From Anaerolineales bacterium (GTDB taxonomy: Bacteria > Chloroflexota > Anaerolineae > Anaerolineales > E44-bin32): a DNA stretch of 64,000 nucleotides. The notes below the pieces were generated by a model. The model searched no databases. It saw nothing but the letters and a program-made list of their open reading frames with translations, and was not told the origin of the DNA. Every line of letters begins with the position of its first letter. Position 1 is the first letter of the stretch. The DNA lies in NCBI GenBank assembly GCA_035693825.1, contig DASSGB010000232.1, positions 4,199-68,198 of the forward strand. Reading direction: 5' to 3'. A program made the translations under genes and the position numbers. Below, in pieces: positions 10,601-18,676 of the stretch.

Positions 10601-11003
10601 CTCGAAACGGAGCCCGCTGCTCGAACACCGCTGCCCGCGCCGGCCAGGTCCGGTAATCCCGGATGTTCAAGGGTTGGCCGGTTTCGGCCACGGTGCCTGC
10701 CGCTCCCTCGCCGAAGTTGAGCACGGTGCCCACGGCGGAGACCGGCGTGCCCAGGCTGACCACGCAGCGCACCTGGCGGGTCTCGGGCACCACCAGGTAC
10801 ATCCCGCCTCCCTCGCCCTGAATCAGATCTACGGCGTTGCGGACGATCGATTGGAAAAGCGACTCGAGGTCCGGCTGGAGAACGGCTTCTTCGGTGACGC
10901 GGCGCACGGCCTCCAAGGCCTCCGGGCGGGCGCCCGGAGATGGCGCGCCCCCTTCGGGGCGGCCGCGCTTGCGCCGGCTTCCATCGAGTCGGGCCGGGGT
11001 CAT
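7671..11003 (-). CDS. Cytoplasmic sensor histidine kinase with about five GAF domains
   Basis: Five repeated GAF-like blocks, then HisKA (FVADVSHELRTPLTNI) and HATPase_c (GGAIRI...DTGLGIP...GTGLGLAI). No TM segments. No adjacent response regulator. Confidence 0.9.
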   Translation of the reverse strand: MTPARLDGSRRKRGRPEGGAPSPGARPEALEAVRRVTEEAVLQPDLESLFQSIVRNAVDLIQGEGGGMYLVVPETRQVRCVVSLGTPVSAVGTVLNFGEGAAGTVAETGQPLNIRDYRTWPARAAVFEQRAPFRAVISAPMVWQGRVTGILHVLRFRSESAFNDADLRLLTVFANQAAVVLENARLLEAAERRFRQLSLLHGITRAGMALTELQPLVQEMADRMASLIEADACYLTLWDEGHRTVLPAAAFGTFRDTYPAMGPEPGEQTLTESVLKVGHPLAIDDVSATPYVSQSLSQRFLVRSALGLPLVVGETRVGAALLTFERPHAFTPEEINLCEQAAGQVALAIARVRALEAERRRTAELEGIRRASLRLTSSLELRPVLESVLEEALKLARAKDAHIFMYDGEKLAFGAAYWDGEFHPAPFSEPRPHGLTYSVARTGQRIIVADASTDPMFQDSPWSGTILGIPILAAGRVRGVMTMAFGRPTDLDQDELRALELLADQTAIALENARLFETIDTERRRLRLLFDITRELSASVDLTEILERAVRLTTANLDAEWGTAYLLDSQSGRLRLTATAGDLGMDVDSLDRILGMRTGRGLEGWVVAHRQSALVREVLQDERWLHLRALNHGPGSAITAPILTGQEILGVMTVLRSEVFQQEHLLLLEAVGWQVGLALANARRYQEVTRRLAERAALQNVAQTVNRRLEMEALLDEVVRQVSDVLGYPVVEIFLIEDDVLVLRAAKDTMAIGEKRVPIKRGVIGRAVRTNRPAYVPDVRQDPDYVVGVPTTVAEIAVPLYKEDLVVGVLNVETPERGRLTEEDLHLLTLLADQVSVALENAALYDRLRRNMAELEQTVSDRTAELAKALEQAREADRLKTQFVADVSHELRTPLTNIRLYLELVDRGRPEKFANYMETLNRETERLVSLIEDLLAVSRLDAGTAVPQPEPIDLNRLALGLVEDRRRLMHQKSLSLSYEPMAGLPVVMADERMLAQVLANLMTNAMNYTPPGGAIRISTDVAQDADGSWVRLSVADTGLGIPDDEKPNLFSRFFRGSASRLMNTSGTGLGLAICREILDRHGGRITFTSRTGEGTTFTIWLKTTEATPSA

Positions 11004-11231
11004 CTAAGCCTCACGCGCCGTTGAGCAGCGGATCGCCGCTACGCGCCCATAAGAGGCCACGTGGTTCGTTGGAAACACACACGCGTGGAGGAAAGGCTTA
11101 TCCGCTGAAGACATGCGGCGCCCGGGAGCGAACCGGGGTGTGCTTGGATTATACTCAGCCAGCAACAGCATCCCTCCGGCGGCAAGGTGAAGGCGGTCGC
11201 CGCCGGTCCATTCCTGATCACGGAGTCCTTC

Positions 11232-13934
11232 ATGGAGAATGTCATCCAGGCGCGCCGCAAGTTGCGCACCAGGTCCGGCGACGTCACGTTCATCAGCCTG
11301 CCGGCGCTGGAAGCCGAGGGCTGGCCCCGCCTCGAGCGGCTCCCGCTTTCGATCCGCATCTTGCTCGAATCGGTGGTGCGCCAGGTGAATCGTGCCGGCA
11401 TCACCGTCGATCACGCGCGGGCTTTGGCCTCCTGGTCTCCACATCCCGCAGCCCGTCAGGAAGTGCCATTCCTCCCGGCCAGGGTCCTGATGCAGGATTT
11501 CACCGGCGTGCCGGCGGTGGTCGACCTGGCGGCGATGCGCCAGGCCGTGGCTCGCCTGGGGGCGGGGGCGCGACGCATCAATCCCAGCGTTCCGGTGGAC
11601 CTGGTCATCGATCACTCGGTCCAGGTGGATTTCTTCGCTTCGTCCGAGGCGCTGCGCCGCAACGCCGAGCTGGAGTTCCAGCGAAATCGCGAGCGCTACG
11701 AGTTCCTGCGCTGGGGCCAGGAAGCCTTCGAACATTTCCGGGTCGTGCCGCCCGCCACGGGCATCGTTCATCAGGTCAACCTCGAGTTCCTGGCGCGCGT
11801 CGTGCTGACGCGCCAGGAGCGTGGCGAGACTCTGGCCTTTCCCGATACCCTGGTCGGCACCGACTCGCACACCACGATGGTCAACGGTCTGGGCGTGCTG
11901 GGCTGGGGCGTGGGGGGGATCGAAGCCGAGGCGGTGATGCTGGGCCAGCCGATGGTCATGGTCACGCCTCAGGTTGTCGGCCTTCGCCTGACCGGACGCC
12001 TGCCCGAAGGCACGACCGCCACCGATCTCACCCTGACGATCACCGAACGGCTTCGCCGTCATGGCGTGGTCGACAAGTTCGTCGAGGTCTTCGGGCCCGG
12101 GCTGGCCGCCATGCCGCTGCCGGATCGAGCGACGATCGCCAACATGGCTCCGGAATGCGGAGCCACCGCCACGTACTTCCCGGTCGACGACGAGACGTTG
12201 CGCTACTTGCGACTCACCGGCCGCGACGAGGACCTCGTCGACCTGGTTGAGCGCTACACCAAGGAACAAGGCCTGTTTCGGCAGGCGGACAGCCCCGATC
12301 CGGAATTCAGTGAGACCCTCGAGTTGGACCTGAGCACGATCGAGGCCAGCCTGGCCGGCCCCAAGCGGCCGCAGGACCGTGTCGTCCTTTCGCAGATCGG
12401 GCCGGCCTTTCAAGATACGCTGGCTTCGCCGGTCAAAGACGGCGGTTTCGGCCTGGCCCAGGAGGCGCGGGCCAGCCGCGCCACCGTTGGAACGAATGGC
12501 GCCACGGCCGAAATCGGTCATGGGGCGGTGGTCATCGCCGCGATCACTTCCTGCACCAACACCTCCAACCCGAGCGTGATGGTCGGCGCGGGGTTGCTGG
12601 CGCGCAACGCGCGCGCCCGGGGCCTGCAGGTGAAACCGTATGTCAAAACCAGCCTGGCGCCCGGGTCGCGGGTGGTCACGGAATATCTTCGGCAGGCCGG
12701 GCTTCTCGAACCGCTGGCCGAGCTGGGTTTCAACCTGGTCGGCTACGGCTGCACGACCTGCATCGGCAACAGCGGCCCTCTTTCGGGGGAAGTCGTCAAA
12801 GCCATCAGCACCGCCGACCTGGTGGCCACGGCTGTCCTGTCCGGCAATCGCAACTTCGAAGGGCGCATCAACCCTCACGTCCGCGCCAGCTACCTGGCCT
12901 CGCCTCCGCTGGTGGTGGCCTTCGCGCTGGCGGGAGCGGTGACGGTCGACCTGACGCGCGAGCCGCTCGGCACCGATCCCGACGGGCACGCCGTCTACCT
13001 GCGCGATATCTGGCCCAGCCAGCGCGAAATCGACGAGGTGATTCGCCGCACGCTGACACCGGAGGTCTTCCGCCGGTGGTACGGCGACGTGTTCACCGGC
13101 AACGAGACGTGGAATCTGCTTCCCGTGGCGGGCGGCGACCTGTACAACTGGGATACCGACTCGACCTACATCCAGGAGCCGCCGTTCTTTTTCGATCTCA
13201 CACCCGAGGCTACGCCGGTCGCAGACATCGTCGGGGCCCGAGCTCTGGTGGTCCTGGGTCATTCCGTCACCACTGATCACATTTCGCCGGCCGGGGCGAT
13301 CCCCGCCGACGGACCGGCCGGGCGCTACCTCATCGAGCACGGCGTCCAGCCGCGGGATTTCAACTCCTTCGGTTCGCGGCGGGGCAACGACCGCATCATG
13401 ACCCGCGGCACGTTCGGCAACACCCGTCTCAAGAATCTCCTGGTGCCCGGAGTCGAGGGCGGATGGACGATTCACCTGCCCGATGGTGAGCGCATGGCGG
13501 TCTACGACGCCGCCATGCGCTATCGCCGGGAAGAGGTGCCGCTGATCGTCCTCGCCGGTCGAGAATACGGGACCGGCTCATCGCGCGACTGGGCGGCCAA
13601 GGGGCCACGGCTCCTGGGGGTGCGAGCGGTCATCGCCGAGAGCCTCGAGCGGATCCATCGCTCCAACCTGGTCGGGATGGGGATTCTGCCGCTCGAGTTC
13701 CTTCCCGGCGAAACACCTCAAACGCTGTCCCTCACCGGGCGCGAACGTTTTCACCTGCGCGGGCTGGCCGAATGCACGCCCGGCTCCAGCCTCACGATCG
13801 AAGCCGAGGACGAAACGGGGGCCTTGAGGACATTCGAAGCCCGCGTGCGCATCGACACGCCGGTCGAGCTCGAGTACTTCCGCAACGGCGGCATCTTGCA
13901 GACAGTTCTGCGGCAGGTGATTCGCCAGGGCTGA
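11232..13934 (+). CDS. acnA: Aconitate hydratase A
   Basis: About 900 aa with aconitase signatures (MQDFTGVPAVVDLAAMR, DSHTTM, ITSCTNTSNP, GCTTCIGNSG, SGNRNFEGR). I moved the start to the ATG at 11232, which has a GGAG SD. Confidence 0.95.
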   Translation: MENVIQARRKLRTRSGDVTFISLPALEAEGWPRLERLPLSIRILLESVVRQVNRAGITVDHARALASWSPHPAARQEVPFLPARVLMQDFTGVPAVVDLAAMRQAVARLGAGARRINPSVPVDLVIDHSVQVDFFASSEALRRNAELEFQRNRERYEFLRWGQEAFEHFRVVPPATGIVHQVNLEFLARVVLTRQERGETLAFPDTLVGTDSHTTMVNGLGVLGWGVGGIEAEAVMLGQPMVMVTPQVVGLRLTGRLPEGTTATDLTLTITERLRRHGVVDKFVEVFGPGLAAMPLPDRATIANMAPECGATATYFPVDDETLRYLRLTGRDEDLVDLVERYTKEQGLFRQADSPDPEFSETLELDLSTIEASLAGPKRPQDRVVLSQIGPAFQDTLASPVKDGGFGLAQEARASRATVGTNGATAEIGHGAVVIAAITSCTNTSNPSVMVGAGLLARNARARGLQVKPYVKTSLAPGSRVVTEYLRQAGLLEPLAELGFNLVGYGCTTCIGNSGPLSGEVVKAISTADLVATAVLSGNRNFEGRINPHVRASYLASPPLVVAFALAGAVTVDLTREPLGTDPDGHAVYLRDIWPSQREIDEVIRRTLTPEVFRRWYGDVFTGNETWNLLPVAGGDLYNWDTDSTYIQEPPFFFDLTPEATPVADIVGARALVVLGHSVTTDHISPAGAIPADGPAGRYLIEHGVQPRDFNSFGSRRGNDRIMTRGTFGNTRLKNLLVPGVEGGWTIHLPDGERMAVYDAAMRYRREEVPLIVLAGREYGTGSSRDWAAKGPRLLGVRAVIAESLERIHRSNLVGMGILPLEFLPGETPQTLSLTGRERFHLRGLAECTPGSSLTIEAEDETGALRTFEARVRIDTPVELEYFRNGGILQTVLRQVIRQG

Positions 13935-13996
13935 CTCGCGAGCCGCCCGAACGGCCTAACCCTCGCTGCCCTGCCGCTCCCCTCGGAGAAGGCTGA

Positions 13997-14371
13997 GTGG
14001 AGTCAAGAACCCGGCGGGGTTTCCTGGTGCCGGCCGACGTTTCGGGCGTCACCGCCTTCCTGACCTCCAGCGAACTCGACTACGCTCAAGACATCATCGG
14101 CGAGCTTCTCGATCCCATCGTTCGCCGCCTGATCCCGCCGTTCGAGCACGCCGAAGTGGAAGGCGATGCGGTCTATGTATATGCAACGGAAGGCGCCGCG
14201 CCGGCCGGCGAGCATTTGCTACCCCTGCCGCCTCCCGGTGGCGAACGAAAGCGCCCGAGGTGCGGCCCGTCTGCGATTAACGCACCCCCTGGGGTCTGCC
14301 TCAGGCGCTTTCGTCGGGTCGGATTTCGACCCCCTGCCGCCCGGTCCCGAGACAACGCTCGGGTCGATTGA
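13997..14371 (+). pseudogene. Truncated DUF2652-like (nucleotidyl-cyclase-fold) gene fragment
   Basis: The first 75 aa or so match the DUF2652 N-terminus (GFLVPADVSGVTAFLTSSELDYAQDIIGELL...EVEGDAVYVYA). The remainder is low-complexity Pro/Arg-rich sequence and ends early. Full-length family members are about 190 aa. Confidence 0.45.
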
Positions 14372-14397
14372 CATGATACACGCTACCGGATGTCCTG

Positions 14398-14913
14398 TCA
14401 ATAGGGGCGACGCCGATGTGTCGCGAAATCCCCCTGAAGGGGGAAGCCGGCTCGCTCGGCGATGAGAGTCAGATGCTTCGAGCGACTGCGACTGGGAGCG
14501 TACGCTCCGGTCTCCCATTCGCTGATCGTCTGCTGCCGCACGCCAATCACATCCGCCATCCCCGCCTGGTCCAGCTCCAGGTGCGTCCTGAGCGCCCGCA
14601 CCATGGCTCCATCCCAGCGGACCTCACCCGCCTCCTTGCGCACCGCGTAGCGAACGCCCGGCCGCTCGAACTCCACCTTGCGACTCGCCAGATCGACCGC
14701 CCCTACCTCGTATCCAGCCTCGAGCCAGGCCGCCGCCTGAAGCCCGCCCTGCCCGCGGTTGCTCCAGAATCCGCGACGACGCGCCGAGCGCGGCAGATCG
14801 GCTCCCAACAGCCGCTCGATCTCGGCGAAACTCATCACGATCCGCTCCGCCCGCTGTTGCCGGAGATGTCGATAAAGAGGGAAGTACTTGGAGCCGGCCT
14901 TGACCGTGGACAT
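14398..14913 (-). CDS. XRE-type helix-turn-helix protein with an uncharacterised N-terminal domain
   Basis: The C-terminal half (LRTHLELDQAGMADVIGVRQQTISEWETG) is a classic HTH_XRE. The N-terminal KYFPLYRHL...SFAEIERLLG...LPRSA module is uncharacterised. Confidence 0.6.
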   Translation of the reverse strand: MSTVKAGSKYFPLYRHLRQQRAERIVMSFAEIERLLGADLPRSARRRGFWSNRGQGGLQAAAWLEAGYEVGAVDLASRKVEFERPGVRYAVRKEAGEVRWDGAMVRALRTHLELDQAGMADVIGVRQQTISEWETGAYAPSRSRSKHLTLIAERAGFPLQGDFATHRRRPY

Positions 14914-14922
14914 GCGCCGCGT

Positions 14923-16341
14923 CTACGTCCCGCGGCTGGTCACCGAGGCACTGGGATGCACAACGACTTTGTCGCCATGGGCCAGTTTGGCCTGCAGCTC
15001 GCTCTTGTCGGCCTGGTCGATCAGTTCCTCCAGAGTCGCGGCCACATCCGGAAAGACCGATCCCCCCATGCTCACCGTGATCGACAGCCGCTCGCCGCTC
15101 TCCAGCGTGATGCCGGCCTCGGCCACGTTCTTGCGGAGTTTCTCGCCGACCCCCTCCAGCTGACCCGGCGCGCAACCCGGCAGCACCACCGCGAACTCGT
15201 CCCCCCCGTAGCGCGCCACCCAGTCGGTCTCGCGAGTCGACAGCCGCAAGCCCTCGACCACGCGCTTCAACAAGGCGTCCCCCGCGAGGTGCCCGTGCTT
15301 GTCGTTGACCTCTTTCAGATTGTCGACGTCCACGATCAGCAGTCCGACCGAATAGCCCAGCCGCTGGGCGCGGGCCAGCTCGGCCCGCAAGTTCTGGTTG
15401 AAGAAGGCGCGATTGAAGGCACCGGTCAGATCGTCGATCGTCGCCTGGCGCTGGACCTGGTCGAACGTCTGGGAATTGGCGATGGCCAGGGCCGCCACCT
15501 GAGCCAACGCCACCAGGAAGTCGAGATCCGATTCACGGAACTGTTCCGGCTGGCCGCTGAGCAACAGAGCTCCCGTCACTCGCCCGCCCAGCTCCAGAGG
15601 CGCGCACAAAGCGCTCTCGTCTTCCTCGGGCGTCCCCTGCACTTGCATCGGGCGCGGATCCTGCGCGGTGTGATCGATCTTCAAAGGGACACCACGCGAG
15701 ACCACCCAGCCTGTCACTCCCTGGCCGACTCGCGGGCGCTGGCGCATGAGCTCCGCGGCGAAATCACCGGCCGAGGCCAGCGGCCGGAGCGTTTCCCCAT
15801 TCGGCTCCAGCAGAAAGATGGTGCAGGTGGTCGCCCGGAGGAGTTTCTGAGCGCGTTCGACGATCTTGCCCAGCGTGCGACGAAGGTCGAGCTGCGTCAG
15901 GAGCTCGCGCTGCACCTGAAGGAGCGTCGCCTGCTCCATCGTGCGCCGGCTGAGTTGCTCGGCCACGGCCAGGTGCTGGGAGACATCCCGCGCCGAACAG
16001 TCCATCCCCACGGTGCGGCCTTTGTCATCCCGAACCGGGATGGCAAACATCTCCACCCACACCGGCTCGCCGGACGCAGCCACCATCTGCAGCACCAGCG
16101 TGACGGAGGGCGCTCCCTCGTCACGGATCCGGGTGACGGCCGTTTGCAGGTCCGTCCAACCGTTGGAATGAAACAGGCTGGGCAGGTACTCCGGGCGCAG
16201 CAGGAGGTCGCCCGGCGCGCGCCCGGTGAGGCGCTCGAAGCCGGGGCTGACGAACGTCAGCCCCCGAACGAAGTCCCAACGGAAGACGGCGTCGGGGGAA
16301 AGGTCGGCCAGACGTTGGTAGTCGGGAACGGAGCGGACCAT
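14923..16341 (-). CDS. PAS-GAF-GGDEF diguanylate cyclase
   Basis: GGDEF core RYGGDEFAVVLPG preceded by GAF and PAS-like blocks. I prefer the ATG at 16341; the TTG at 16437 is the alternative. Confidence 0.85.
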   Translation of the reverse strand: MVRSVPDYQRLADLSPDAVFRWDFVRGLTFVSPGFERLTGRAPGDLLLRPEYLPSLFHSNGWTDLQTAVTRIRDEGAPSVTLVLQMVAASGEPVWVEMFAIPVRDDKGRTVGMDCSARDVSQHLAVAEQLSRRTMEQATLLQVQRELLTQLDLRRTLGKIVERAQKLLRATTCTIFLLEPNGETLRPLASAGDFAAELMRQRPRVGQGVTGWVVSRGVPLKIDHTAQDPRPMQVQGTPEEDESALCAPLELGGRVTGALLLSGQPEQFRESDLDFLVALAQVAALAIANSQTFDQVQRQATIDDLTGAFNRAFFNQNLRAELARAQRLGYSVGLLIVDVDNLKEVNDKHGHLAGDALLKRVVEGLRLSTRETDWVARYGGDEFAVVLPGCAPGQLEGVGEKLRKNVAEAGITLESGERLSITVSMGGSVFPDVAATLEELIDQADKSELQAKLAHGDKVVVHPSASVTSRGT

Positions 16342-16447
16342 GCACGACCATTCGGACGGCCAGGCGATTCCCCGGTCCCCCGCGGGGCGGCCACCCGCAT
16401 GCCGGCAAGTATACGGTCTAGTGGACGGAGTACGCAATGGAACGATG

Positions 16448-16492
16448 CCCCGAAAAGAGAAAAGCGAGGCGGCGGCAGGGGGCCTCGCTTTT
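16448..16492 (-). terminator. Intrinsic-terminator-like hairpin plus U-tract in the leader region of the GGDEF gene
   Basis: The minus strand reads AAAGCGAGGC-CCCCUGCCGCC-GCCUCGCUUU followed by UCUCUUUUCGGGG. Confidence 0.55.
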
Positions 16493-16550
16493 CGGTTTTC
16501 CGGAGGCGGCGATCTTCGTAGGAATGGCGCCGGACCGGACAGCTATCGTC

Positions 16551-16556
16551 ATTATA
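16551..16556 (-). promoter_or_regulatory. Perfect TATAAT -10 box (minus strand)
   Basis: The plus strand reads ATTATA, about 60 nt upstream (in the minus-strand sense) of the terminator-like hairpin. No good -35. Confidence 0.35.
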
Positions 16557-16682
16557 GGCAGGCCCCGCCCGCGCAGAGTCTTATGCAAATAGTTTGTAAG
16601 GCGCCAGGCCACGGGTATGGCCGGTTGACGGCGGAACGGAGCCGGGATAAGGTTGCCGGGCATCCACGCCGGAGAAGCCCTG

Positions 16683-17390
16683 ATGGCCGTCGCCATATCC
16701 CTGATCGACCTTGCCCTGAGCATCTTCTTCACCCTCGCGGTAGTCTCCCAATGGTTGGCCAGGCGCCGCGCGCACCAGCTCCTGTGGGCCGGAGCGCTCC
16801 TGGTGTGGACTTTGGCTGTCGCCGCCGAAACGGCGGCCGCCGTTCGTGGAGCGTGGACCCCGCTCGCGTACCGCACCTACTATGCTTGCGGCGCGCTCAT
16901 GGTCGCCGGCTGGCTCGGCGCCGGCTCGCTTTTCCTTTCGGCCTCTCCGCGCTTGGCCCGGACCTACACGATCATCCTGGCTGCGCTCTCTCTGGCCGGG
17001 ATCGCCGGCATCGCCACATTTCCTGTGGATCCGGCCCTTCTGACCCGCACGGACGCCCTGGGGTTCGTTGAGGTGAAGGTCTTCCCCATGATCCCTGTCC
17101 GTCTCTTCGTCATTCTGGCCAACATCCTCGGGACGCTGGCCTTCGTCGGATCGGCGATCTACTCCCTTGCCCGCCTGCGCGATCGGGGATTCAGCGGTTC
17201 AAGGACCGGCGGCATTCTGCTCATCGCCCTCGGCGGACTGGTCGCGGCCGGCGCCCACAGCCTGGGCGTGTTGGGTGGGCCCGGACTCTTCCGAGTGAGC
17301 GAACTCGCCGCCCTGCTTCTGATATTTGCCGGGTACATCCTGAGCAGCCGAAAGCTGCCCACACCATCACCAGCGACCGCCCCCGCCTGA
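16683..17390 (+). CDS. Polytopic membrane protein, function unknown
   Basis: About 7 hydrophobic helices. ATG at 16683 with a GGAGAAG SD; the listed ORF starts at an upstream TTG. Confidence 0.6.
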   Translation: MAVAISLIDLALSIFFTLAVVSQWLARRRAHQLLWAGALLVWTLAVAAETAAAVRGAWTPLAYRTYYACGALMVAGWLGAGSLFLSASPRLARTYTIILAALSLAGIAGIATFPVDPALLTRTDALGFVEVKVFPMIPVRLFVILANILGTLAFVGSAIYSLARLRDRGFSGSRTGGILLIALGGLVAAGAHSLGVLGGPGLFRVSELAALLLIFAGYILSSRKLPTPSPATAPA

Positions 17391-17515
17391 TACCGTGGCC
17401 ACGGCGCGGTGTCTCGCCTTCTGACTCGGAAGGGCGACTTGTCCTGCAGCGACGCATGGCATAGAGTCAGTCGCGCTCGGCACAACGGTCTGCGTCCCTC
17501 CGCGGAGGCCCTTTC

Positions 17516-18634
17516 ATGATCCCCGATCTCAATCCCAGCCCGCGCCTTCTTCTCGGGCCGGGCCCCAGCATGCTTCACCCGCGCGTTCTGCGAGCCATGG
17601 CCACACCTCTGGTGGGGCACCTCGATCCGGATTTCATCAAGATCCTGACCGACATCCGCAACATGTTGAGGCGCGTTTTCCAGACGGAGAACGAGTTGAC
17701 CCTGGCCGTTTCGGGCACAGGCACGTCGGCCATGGAGGCCGCTCTGGGAAACCTCATCGAACCCGGCGACGTGATGTTGGCCTGCGTCCACGGCTACTTC
17801 GGCGATCGCTTGGCCGAGATCGGCCGACGTTACGGAGCCCAAGTCGAGCGCCTCGAGAGTCCCTGGGGCCATTTCACCGATCCGGCGGCCATCGAGGCCT
17901 CCCTTCGTCAGCACCGGGCCAGAATCGTCACGCTGGTCCACGCCGAGACCTCCACCGGCGTCCTCCAGCCCGACATTCGCGCCATCGCCGAAGCCTGTCA
18001 TCGCCACGAGGCCTTGCTCGTGCTTGACTGCGTGACCTCCCTGGGAGGCATAGCGGTCGAAGTCGACGATTGGGGGGTGGATGTGGCTTACGGCGCCTCT
18101 CAGAAATCGCTATCCGCGCCGCCGGGACTGGCCCCGATCACCGTCGGGCCGCGGGCGCGCGAAGCCATCGCCCGGCGCAAATCACCCGTGCCGGTGTTCT
18201 ACTTCGACCTTGAATTGCTCAATCGCTACTGGGGCGAGACGCCTGTCTACCATCACACCGCGCCCATCAGCACGGCGTATGCGCTGCGCGAGGCTCTGCG
18301 CCTGGCGTTGGAGGAGCAGCTCGACAAGCGCTATCTCCGCCACCGGCACAACGCCCAGCGCCTGTGGCGAGGGCTCGAGGAGATGGATCTCGAACTGCTC
18401 GTGCCCGAGCCGCATCGTCTCACGACTCTCACCACCCCCCGACTGCCGGCCTCGTGGGACGACGGCGGCCTGCGCCGAAAGCTTCTGGAAGTTTACGGGA
18501 TCGAAATCGCCGGGGGTTTTGGCCCGCTTGCGGGAAAGGTGTGGCGAATCGGACTGATGGGCCACTCGAGCCGCCCGGAGAACGTGCTTACGTTCCTGGG
18601 TGCGCTGCGCGAGTTGACCGACGGGAGGTCCTGA
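17516..18634 (+). CDS. Class-V aminotransferase (alanine-glyoxylate / serine-pyruvate type)
   Basis: Family-like over its whole length: LLLGPGPS..., HAETSTGV, ...ASQKSL (PLP-Lys region). GGAGG SD. Confidence 0.9.
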   Translation: MIPDLNPSPRLLLGPGPSMLHPRVLRAMATPLVGHLDPDFIKILTDIRNMLRRVFQTENELTLAVSGTGTSAMEAALGNLIEPGDVMLACVHGYFGDRLAEIGRRYGAQVERLESPWGHFTDPAAIEASLRQHRARIVTLVHAETSTGVLQPDIRAIAEACHRHEALLVLDCVTSLGGIAVEVDDWGVDVAYGASQKSLSAPPGLAPITVGPRAREAIARRKSPVPVFYFDLELLNRYWGETPVYHHTAPISTAYALREALRLALEEQLDKRYLRHRHNAQRLWRGLEEMDLELLVPEPHRLTTLTTPRLPASWDDGGLRRKLLEVYGIEIAGGFGPLAGKVWRIGLMGHSSRPENVLTFLGALRELTDGRS

Positions 18635-18676
18635 GGCTCCTCCGCACGCGTATGTCTTTGCCGAATCGAATGGTGT

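Noticed and set aside
11004-13475. 823-aa ORF antisense to acnA. Similar long antisense ORFs occur at 14416-16521, 30370-32577, 33990-35693, 44408-46594, 59168-61027 and 7935-9284.
   Set aside because: Each lies opposite a gene with unmistakable family motifs (aconitase, GGDEF, FtsK, RNase J and so on). Their translations are Arg/Gly/Pro/Ala-rich low-complexity strings, typical of stop-codon-poor antisense frames in high-GC DNA.
14166-14465. A frameshifted continuation of the DUF2652 gene in the +1 frame.
   Set aside because: The translation (…CYPCRLPVANESARG…) shows no resemblance to the conserved C-terminal half of the family, so the simple-frameshift explanation is not supported.
16342-16556. 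A c-di-GMP riboswitch upstream of the GGDEF gene.
   Set aside because: I could not find the GEMM-I (GCAAA/tetraloop-receptor) or c-di-GMP-II conserved segments. I kept it only as a generic attenuator or sRNA candidate.
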